Program-made: the position numbers and the translations under genes
The notes under the pieces: generated by a model
The model's input: only the letters and a program-made list of their open reading frames with translations
What the model was told of the DNA's origin: nothing
The model's database searches: none
Origin: a virus
Taxonomy: Duplodnaviria; Caudoviricetes
Length of the DNA stretch: 27,506 nt
Virus record (IMG/VR): IMGVR_UViG_3300035228_001376
Location: 1 to 27,506 of that record
Reading direction: 5' to 3' (one strand)
Shown: positions 1-6,305 of the stretch, piece by piece
Layout: each line of letters opens with the position of its first letter
Numbering within the stretch: position 1 is the stretch's first letter

Positions 1-1380
1 GTTATACCAGTCATCAACACCAGCAACCTCAACTCTAGAATTTGCCTCAGTAACTTCAAGAAGAATCTTGTCATCTCTAAGAGCACTAATGGTCATTGTA
101 GCGTCATCACCTGGTGTGACACCTCCAATTGCATTACCTGGAATGGTAACTGTACCACTATTTTGATATGCAAGACCCGAATTAGTTGCAGTTACAGTAC
201 CAATACCACCAGTTCCATCTCGGTAAACATTAAAAGAGATTCCAGAACCAACGGTGCTTATACCAGCAACACTCAGATATACTCCACTAGATGCTGCAGG
301 AACCCTAGCAGCAGTTGTCAACCCAATGGTTTTAATTGCACCTTGATCCAGATCAAATCCACCAACAGAAGAACCGCCAATAGATACAGTCTCACCAACA
401 GTGTACCCCAATCCTGGGTTAGCAATTACAACACCAGAAGCAACAACGTTACCATCTGTAGAATTTCTTGTAATGTTGAAAGTTGCCTGACTACCAGAAC
501 CTGTTGCAGTTCCAGCTATACCAGAGTAAACCTGACCTTGCTGACCATTGACTGGTGTACTGGTAGTAATACCAACAGCAGAGATTGAGTCAACTGGAGA
601 AGCAATTACTCCTGCATTATCAACAAAACTAATTCTTTGACCTTTACTGAAAGAGGAATATGCACTACCCTCAGAATAATTTACTCTAGTATGCCTGCCT
701 GGTTGTGTACCTCCAGTAGAAACTCTAGAGTGAATCTTAACTGAAATTGCACTAAGTCCAATCTCTGGAGTGTCTACAACTTGAGTGATTACCCCTTTCA
801 AATATCCAGTAAAGGATTCAGTTGATCCAACACCAGGAATGACTTGTCCTGTAATATCAACTGTTACACCATAACCAACAGCAGCACCAAGAGATGCTCC
901 AGAAGTTGTCCCAACTCCAATAATTTGGTCACCTAAGTCATCAATGACGCAAACCTTGAGGTTATTAGACCAGGAACCTGGATTTTTTGCAGCATATAAG
1001 AAGTTAGATGCAGCACTAGCATAGTTGCTGTTATAGTCGTCAAAATTCTTAATCTTTGTGCCTGCAATTAGAGCAGTTCCAATACCAACATTCGAGTTGG
1101 AAATTAAAGCTCCATCGGTACGCACTACTTTGAGAATGCCACCGTATTGTAAGTAAGAAGATGCAGACATCCAGTACTCATACTGATTGTCCTCGGTTTG
1201 GGGTTTGCCGAAATTGTTTATGAACTCTTGCTCGTTGGCAATAGTAATTGGTTCATTAACAGGTCCACGTTCAAACGGACCTGCTATTGCGCCAATATTA
1301 TCAAGAACGTTCTCAGCTCTCCCTACCGTTAAGTCCACCTCTCTGGTTAATACACCAGGAGATAATTGAGGAGTCGCCAT
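1..1380 (-). CDS. gp18: Tail sheath protein gp18, N-terminal 460 codons (truncated by the window edge; absent from the ORF track)
   Basis: ATG at 1380-1378 with AAGGAG 9 nt upstream. Manual translation gives MATPQLSPGVLTREVDLTVGRAENVLDNIGAIAGPFERGPVNEP..., a typical T4-like sheath N-terminus (SPGVxxREVDLT, GPFxxGP). Positions 1-660 read stop-free in the same frame (...VAGVDDWYN). Lies downstream of gp17. Confidence 0.96.
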   Translation of the reverse strand, partial: MATPQLSPGVLTREVDLTVGRAENVLDNIGAIAGPFERGPVNEPITIANEQEFINNFGKPQTEDNQYEYWMSASSYLQYGGILKVVRTDGALISNSNVGIGTALIAGTKIKNFDDYNSNYASAASNFLYAAKNPGSWSNNLKVCVIDDLGDQIIGVGTTSGASLGAAVGYGVTVDITGQVIPGVGSTESFTGYLKGVITQVVDTPEIGLSAISVKIHSRVSTGGTQPGRHTRVNYSEGSAYSSFSKGQRISFVDNAGVIASPVDSISAVGITTSTPVNGQQGQVYSGIAGTATGSGSQATFNITRNSTDGNVVASGVVIANPGLGYTVGETVSIGGSSVGGFDLDQGAIKTIGLTTAARVPAASSGVYLSVAGISTVGSGISFNVYRDGTGGIGTVTATNSGLAYQNSGTVTIPGNAIGGVTPGDDATMTISALRDDKILLEVTEANSRVEVAGVDDWYN

Positions 1381-1389
1381 GGATTCTGT

Positions 1390-1395
1390 CTCCTT
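1390..1395 (-). promoter_or_regulatory. Shine-Dalgarno site for gp18
   Basis: Minus-strand AAGGAG, 9 nt before the ATG at 1380. Confidence 0.8.
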
Positions 1396-1418
1396 GTTAG
1401 TCTCAGTTTATCTGAAAA

Positions 1419-1426
1419 TATTTATT
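1419..1426 (-). promoter_or_regulatory. T4-type late promoter upstream of gp18
   Basis: Minus-strand AATAAATA (T4 gp55 consensus TATAAATA; cyanophage NATAAATA) in the intergenic gap about 40 nt before the gp18 ATG. Confidence 0.85.
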
Positions 1427-1462
1427 AAAAAGACCATTTACGCGGGGAATGTTGGCGTGATC

Positions 1463-1675
1463 CTACCAATCGGGGTATTCCCAAGCGTTTAAAGTTTTCC
1501 TAACTCTCTTTTTTGTACATTCCTTACACTCATATGAAAATGATGATGGTATTGCACCTCTATCTTTTCTGGTCCTATAAAATCCCTCTATGAGATTCTT
1601 TCTCTCACCACAACTTCTACACTTTCTATCATGAAGTAGTAAGTGCCCAAACTTTAGTTGACCATCTAAGTCCAT
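1463..1675 (-). CDS. Small hypothetical Zn-finger-like protein (70 aa)
   Basis: CRSC...CKEC (two CxxC pairs) and C-terminal WEYPDW; fills the gap between gp17 and gp18 on the coding strand. Confidence 0.8.
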   Translation of the reverse strand: MDLDGQLKFGHLLLHDRKCRSCGERKNLIEGFYRTRKDRGAIPSSFSYECKECTKKRVRKTLNAWEYPDW

Positions 1676-1685
1676 TATTCACCTA

Positions 1686-3332
1686 TCAATTGTAATCCCA
1701 CATATAAGACATATCACCGTATTCATCCGTATGCCATCTATCACCTACATTATCAACAAAACTGGTCTCATCTAATCCATCATTCAAGAATCCAAATGGT
1801 GCCATATCCTGCTCTATCTGATTTTTCTGTTCTTCATAAAGTCTTTTACGAACATCTTGATCGGTTAGTTCTTTAAAATAATCTTGCTGAACTAACCATG
1901 CATATATGACCAAACACATTGCAAGGTCATCATTACATCCATCTTCAGCTTCAAATGAGTTATGTTTTTGAATAAACGTTGTAAGTTCTGCAATTATGTC
2001 GTAATCTTTGAATACTAATTTATCTTCTTCAATTAGAGTTTTTAAGTTTAGGCAACCAATTTTCTTTACCGTCTTGGACATCTTAACGCCAAGTTGGGTC
2101 TTCTTACCAGAAAATCCCTGCCCAACAACTTGACCTGCTCTACCTCTCATAGAACACATTAAAACATTATCATATTCTAAATCAAAATTTAAGATAGAAG
2201 CAACTTGATCACCAACATCATTAACTTCACATAATACAAATGCGTTATTATAATTATCTGCTACTTCTTTAATTATGCTAGGGAATAGCATTGGTTTTAT
2301 TTCATTATTCCTATACTTACATACCAATTGGTGTGGGAATGTTGTAATATCAATAACAGTAAATGCTGAGTAGTCTGCACCAACTCCTCTCGCAACGTCA
2401 ACTGTAATTACATAATTATTATCATTTTGTACATCAGTAAATACATCTAATCCTTGGTGTGTTATTGATGGTTGTTCATATACCATCGTTCTAAGTTTAC
2501 TGGGTGCAATCAGAGTATCAACAGATCCAAGAAATTCACACTCAAACTCAACTTTAAACTGTTGCTCGGATGTGTTTGCAATTGTTTGACGTTTCCACTC
2601 GGCATCTCTTCCTGGTACATCACTCCAATGAACTTCTGTTGGAATATATTCGTTCTTACTACGTTCTGCGTCGTGCCAAATTTTATAAAAGTGATTCATA
2701 CCATGAGGGGTACTCACGATAATAACTTTTGTATTTTTACCTGAAGAAATTGTAGGATATACTGAACTGAAGAATTGATCAGCAATATGATTTGCAACGA
2801 ACGCAAACTCATCAAGGAAGATAATATTATATGATCCTCCACGAACTGCAGATGCAGATGTAGATGCTGCAATAATCTTCGACCCGTTCTCTAATTCAAG
2901 AGATGCTTTGTTCCATGTTAATACCCCCTGCTGTAACCACTTGGGAAGATTCTCATATGCAGTTTGTAGACGATCAAGCAAATCCTTAGCAGTTGCTGCT
3001 TTGTTAGCAAGAATTGCAATATTTACATTATCATTAAAAAGTGCATAATGAAGAAGATAAGATACAACAATAGTTGACTTACCCGATTGTCTGGGAAGTT
3101 TACATACATTAAATCGATTATGATGGAATCGATCCAACATAACCTTTTGAAACTCATACGGTTCAAAATTTTTCAGACCGTAATCCAGAGTAACAATTTG
3201 AATATAATTTTCGGCAAAATATACTGGATTATCAATACATCGTGCAAACTCAAGAACTTGATCTTGTGAAAACTCTTGAGTGGTATTTGCTTTTTTTAGT
3301 AGGGGATTACCGAGGTAATGATCAACAGCCAT
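1686..3332 (-). CDS. gp17: Terminase large subunit gp17
   Basis: YLGNPLLK N-terminus, Walker A PRQSGKST, Walker B IIFLDEFAF, coupling motif STPHG, nuclease motifs TVDVARG and DDLAM; 548 aa with no visible intein. Confidence 0.98.
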   Translation of the reverse strand: MAVDHYLGNPLLKKANTTQEFSQDQVLEFARCIDNPVYFAENYIQIVTLDYGLKNFEPYEFQKVMLDRFHHNRFNVCKLPRQSGKSTIVVSYLLHYALFNDNVNIAILANKAATAKDLLDRLQTAYENLPKWLQQGVLTWNKASLELENGSKIIAASTSASAVRGGSYNIIFLDEFAFVANHIADQFFSSVYPTISSGKNTKVIIVSTPHGMNHFYKIWHDAERSKNEYIPTEVHWSDVPGRDAEWKRQTIANTSEQQFKVEFECEFLGSVDTLIAPSKLRTMVYEQPSITHQGLDVFTDVQNDNNYVITVDVARGVGADYSAFTVIDITTFPHQLVCKYRNNEIKPMLFPSIIKEVADNYNNAFVLCEVNDVGDQVASILNFDLEYDNVLMCSMRGRAGQVVGQGFSGKKTQLGVKMSKTVKKIGCLNLKTLIEEDKLVFKDYDIIAELTTFIQKHNSFEAEDGCNDDLAMCLVIYAWLVQQDYFKELTDQDVRKRLYEEQKNQIEQDMAPFGFLNDGLDETSFVDNVGDRWHTDEYGDMSYMWDYN

Positions 3333-3351
3333 AATTTAGTCAGTTAAATTT

Positions 3352-3609
3352 TCAAATTCCAATATCCGAAGCGCCAACTTGTGTGCCAGTAATAGTTGCT
3401 GCACCTCTCAAACCTTGACCAGCAATTAAATGAATTAGAACTCCACTTGACGCAGGAACACTTATTGATCCAAGATCAGCATCATCAGCAGCATTGCGAA
3501 GAGTCACATTAGATGCACTGGTAGCAGTGTTTGATACCCAAACCGCAGTTGCCGATGTAAATTTGGTTGTGCCTGTTGCCAAAGCAGTGGCATCTCCTAA
3601 AATCTTCAT
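3352..3609 (-). CDS. Hypothetical 85-aa protein, Ala/Thr/Gly-rich, possibly a small virion beta-protein
   Basis: On the coding strand, non-overlapping, with its own late promoter about 20 nt upstream. Function not recognised. Confidence 0.75.
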   Translation of the reverse strand: MKILGDATALATGTTKFTSATAVWVSNTATSASNVTLRNAADDADLGSISVPASSGVLIHLIAGQGLRGAATITGTQVGASDIGI

Positions 3610-3628
3610 TTCTTTATACTTTTATTTG

Positions 3629-3636
3629 TATTTATG
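3629..3636 (-). promoter_or_regulatory. T4-type late promoter (85-aa ORF and gp17 transcript)
   Basis: Minus-strand CATAAATA in the 3610-3643 intergenic gap. Confidence 0.8.
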
Positions 3637-3643
3637 ATTGATA

Positions 3644-3958
3644 CTATTTTTTCTTTTTCTTCTCTGTAGCAACATTAATTGCTTTACCTTTACGGTTTGG
3701 ATTGCTATCCTGTCGATTCTTTCTTCTGAATGCACTATCCTCTTCTTTATCTGAGAGGTTGCGCTTCATTTTTGAAGAACCACATTTTGGTTTGGTTGTT
3801 TGACCTGGTTGTTTTGCACATGGTTTTCCTGCAAATTTACCACCCAATTGAACCCAACCAGGCTTGCCATCACTAGAACGACTCTTGCCAAACCAGTCGC
3901 GCAAAGAACTATCGCCACTTTTGTTAGACTCATTAATAAATTCCTCAAATGTTTTCAT
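3644..3958 (-). CDS. Basic 104-aa protein, putative internal head protein with a capsid-targeting-like N-terminus
   Basis: Begins MKTFEEFINE, resembling the T4 internal protein capsid targeting sequence MKTYQEFIAE. Lys/Arg-rich with two Cys. Its ATG lies 1 nt after the stop of the upstream -1-frame ORF. Confidence 0.8.
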   Translation of the reverse strand: MKTFEEFINESNKSGDSSLRDWFGKSRSSDGKPGWVQLGGKFAGKPCAKQPGQTTKPKCGSSKMKRNLSDKEEDSAFRRKNRQDSNPNRKGKAINVATEKKKKK

Positions 3959-3959
3959 A

Positions 3960-4235
3960 CTAGCAGTTCCAGCGACGTAATGCTTTGTTTATTTTAGAGT
4001 CTGGATCTCTTGCAGTTTTTGCAGAGGTCAGTCTCTTTTTCATACCTTTCATCCTGGAGCAGAATGAAGATCTACGCTTAGCATCTTTAGATCCCTTCTT
4101 AATTTTAGAAGGTTTAGTAGTAACTGCAGTCTTAAGTTTAGAACCTGGATTCTCTCTCTTATATGCATTTACTGTACTTTGACTCAGACCATCAGTCTTA
4201 TCTTTTCGATTGGCTTTTTGCCAATCTTCTTCTAC
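3960..4235 (-). CDS. Start-less 91-aa basic domain (DUF6321-like by recollection) in the -1 frame of the 542-aa gene; probable frameshift extension
   Basis: Manual translation: VEEDWQKANRKDKTDGLSQSTVNAYKRENPGSKLKTAVTTKPSKIKKGSKDAKRRSSFCSRMKGMKKRLTSAKTARDPDSKINKALRRWNC*. It exactly fills the gap between two genes. There is no in-frame ATG/GTG/TTG between the upstream in-frame TAA (~4262) and the late RMKGM methionines. Confidence 0.8.
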   Translation of the reverse strand, partial: VEEDWQKANRKDKTDGLSQSTVNAYKRENPGSKLKTAVTTKPSKIKKGSKDAKRRSSFCSRMKGMKKRLTSAKTARDPDSKINKALRRWNC

Positions 4236-4255
4236 TTTCCCAGGCGATCTTCCTC
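4208..4255 (-). promoter_or_regulatory. Candidate -1 programmed ribosomal frameshift cassette
   Basis: mRNA reads GAGG-aagatcgcct-G GGA AAG-TAGAAGAA-GATTGGC AAAAA GCCAATC. Slippery heptamer at 4241-4235, hairpin at 4226-4208. Confidence 0.6.
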
Positions 4256-5860
4256 TTTTTTATGTGCCTGTAAAAACTTCTCCTGAATCTGATGGAATGT
4301 CATTCCTTCAGACTTATTGCCATAGTTAGAAGCGCCCTTCTTACGACACTGAACTAATCTACCGCTAGCATACGCAGAAGGCCAAACCTTTGCACTTGCT
4401 TTTACTTTCTTATAGCAAGCATCTTTCTCGCCTGCTGCCTCTTCTACTTCTTCAAGACCAGGACAACACTTTTTACCATGAATTCCACAGTCTGTTCCTT
4501 TTGCAGTTTGAGCACACTCGGTCTCTTCAAATCTTGCTTTGGACTTTACCTTTTTACCATCGGGTCCAGGTACATACTCGCCAGTGTCAGAACTCTTCAT
4601 GTCACTGCTATTTACAGTGCCATCTGCATTAGAGTCAACTCTCTTGACTGCTTTACTGGTAAGTTTCTTTAGGTTCCCACCACCAATAGATGACTCATCT
4701 TTTGATTCTTTTTGTACTCTTACAATAGGTGAATTGTGAGGAGCATACTGACTAGGAAGATCAGTTCTCTGGAAGCGAGTTACTACTCCACCAGGATACA
4801 CTTTTTCAATTTCTCTTTGAACATCTTCTCTCTTTGGCATAGATGCCTGAGGGAAGAACATCTTCATCATAAGAGATCTGCCTCTCCACATGACAACAAC
4901 TGCTAACAAGTTACCATACTCTGCTGGAAGTCTTGTTGCCTCATCAACTTGAGTTTCTTCCTTTGTTGTTGCTTTAGCAGATTTGAAGTTACGAGCCATC
5001 TGCATTGATGCTTTTTTCTGTGCCTTTGCTCTCTTAGAACCTGGTTCGGTCCTTTCAAGATCATCAGACTTTTGCATTGCACGACGACCAGGAGACATAC
5101 GTGCTTTTTCATCACCACTCAATACTCTTTTATTAGTAGGAGATGGGGACTGATACATTCCCTTATAATCTTCAGTAGTCTTTTCTGCTTTTTTCTTAGC
5201 AGATTTTTTTACATACTTTTCTTTAGTAAAAGATTCTGGTTTACCACCATAAGCGGCTCTAACTGGTGCAGAACCCTTCACATAAGTTTCTGATTCTGAG
5301 ACTTCATCTTCCTTCACACAGTCAGGAACCATTTTACCGCCTTTATTCTTCATACCTTTTTTCTTATATCCTACCCAACATTTCTCTGCAATATCTTCAG
5401 GTTTAATTAAGTCAACAACTTCCATAAACTTATTGCCGAAAGCATCTTCAATAGCAAGAGATTCTCCCATGCCACCGCCGTCTCCACCGCCGTTGTCACC
5501 TTCACCACCTTCTACTGGTTTATCAATACCAACTTCTTCTGGTTCGCGACCACCACCACCATAGCGTGCAGTCATCTTCAATCCTTCAGGAATTTTTTTA
5601 CACTTCTTATCTGTATAGCAATAATACATTCCTTTGCCACACTTCTCTTCACCGAGAATAATATCAACTAGTTTTAATCCAGGAATAATCTCTTCTTGCT
5701 GACCCTGCTTAAGGTTGGGAAGACCAACTCTGCCACTAGGAGTCAACTTTTTTTTAGCGACTTCCCTTTCATTTGGGTTAGTAGATTTTTGCATATTACT
5801 AATCTTTGCCTGCTTTTTTGCAGTTTTATGATTTGTAGGATTTATATCGAAACTTGCCAT
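4232..5860 (-). CDS. 542-aa charged multi-module protein, putative internal head (poly)protein
   Basis: Long ORF after gp16 with its own late promoter. It is a string of short Lys/Cys-rich modules (CGKGMYYCYTDKKC; CWVGYKKKGMKNKGGKMVPDCV; DACYKKVKASAKVWPSAYASGRLVQCRKKG) joined by acidic x-x-E linkers. Confidence 0.85.
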   Translation of the reverse strand: MASFDINPTNHKTAKKQAKISNMQKSTNPNEREVAKKKLTPSGRVGLPNLKQGQQEEIIPGLKLVDIILGEEKCGKGMYYCYTDKKCKKIPEGLKMTARYGGGGREPEEVGIDKPVEGGEGDNGGGDGGGMGESLAIEDAFGNKFMEVVDLIKPEDIAEKCWVGYKKKGMKNKGGKMVPDCVKEDEVSESETYVKGSAPVRAAYGGKPESFTKEKYVKKSAKKKAEKTTEDYKGMYQSPSPTNKRVLSGDEKARMSPGRRAMQKSDDLERTEPGSKRAKAQKKASMQMARNFKSAKATTKEETQVDEATRLPAEYGNLLAVVVMWRGRSLMMKMFFPQASMPKREDVQREIEKVYPGGVVTRFQRTDLPSQYAPHNSPIVRVQKESKDESSIGGGNLKKLTSKAVKRVDSNADGTVNSSDMKSSDTGEYVPGPDGKKVKSKARFEETECAQTAKGTDCGIHGKKCCPGLEEVEEAAGEKDACYKKVKASAKVWPSAYASGRLVQCRKKGASNYGNKSEGMTFHQIQEKFLQAHKKEEDRLGK

Positions 5861-5881
5861 TTCCTAGAAAACAGTTTTTTT

Positions 5882-6304
5882 CTATTTATCTTCTTCAATA
5901 TTTTTAGTTTGCGCCTTAATCATTTTAGATAACTCTGCAGTAGATCCAAAGAACATTGCGTTGTTAGTTACATTTGTTGGACCCTTTTCGTCAGCGTCCA
6001 AATCCTTTACCTTTTTTTGTAGATCAATTAATTTATCGGTTGCATCTGCAACGTTCTTGATCAATTGTCCGACGACTTCAAATTGTCTTGCTTGTCCACT
6101 ATCTTGTGCGAGTTCCAACGCAGTATCCAATGCTTCTTGTCCCTTCTCAATGATGGAATAGAGATTACCTCTCGTATATTCATAATCTTTAGTTACATCC
6201 TCAGATTCGGAAGGTTTTCTTATCTCCGTCCTTTGTTTTTCTGGTTTTACAATTTCTGCTTCCACATCAAATGTATCGTTGAGATCCTTAAACTTTTCAG
6301 TCAT
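5882..6304 (-). CDS. gp16: Terminase small subunit gp16 (140 aa; start revised from 6343 to 6304)
   Basis: DYEYTRGNLYSIIEKGQEAL...FEVVGQLIKNVADATDKLIDLQKK...TNNAMFFGSTAEL matches T4-like gp16. The ATG at 6304 sits 1 nt after the gp15 stop and avoids overlap. Confidence 0.93.
   Translation of the reverse strand: MTEKFKDLNDTFDVEAEIVKPEKQRTEIRKPSESEDVTKDYEYTRGNLYSIIEKGQEALDTALELAQDSGQARQFEVVGQLIKNVADATDKLIDLQKKVKDLDADEKGPTNVTNNAMFFGSTAELSKMIKAQTKNIEEDK
5883..5890 (-). promoter_or_regulatory. T4-type late promoter embedded in the gp16 3' end
   Basis: Minus-strand GATAAATA overlapping the D-K-stop codons of gp16, about 22 nt before the ATG at 5860. Confidence 0.8.
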
Positions 6305-6305
6305 A

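Noticed and set aside
163-588. 141-aa plus-strand ORF, and the other short plus-strand or alternate-frame ORFs in the track
   Set aside because: They lie wholly within or antisense to well-supported minus-strand genes, have implausible Cys/Ser/Thr-rich composition and no recognisable motifs. They are codon-bias shadows.
1686-3332. Intein or group I intron in gp17
   Set aside because: The ORF is continuous, of normal length, with normally spaced ATPase and nuclease motifs and no splicing or homing endonuclease motifs.
4208-4226. GATTGGC-AAAAA-GCCAATC hairpin as an intrinsic terminator
   Set aside because: On the coding (minus) strand it is followed by GAAAAGA, not a U-tract. Its 8-nt spacing from the slippery site fits a frameshift stimulator better.
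4180-4234. Stop-codon readthrough or TAG recoding at the end of the 542-aa gene
   Set aside because: In-frame readthrough gives only KKIGKKPIEKIRLMV before a TGA. The meaningful domain is in the -1 frame, and TAG ends gp16, gp14 and gp13 at their expected termini.
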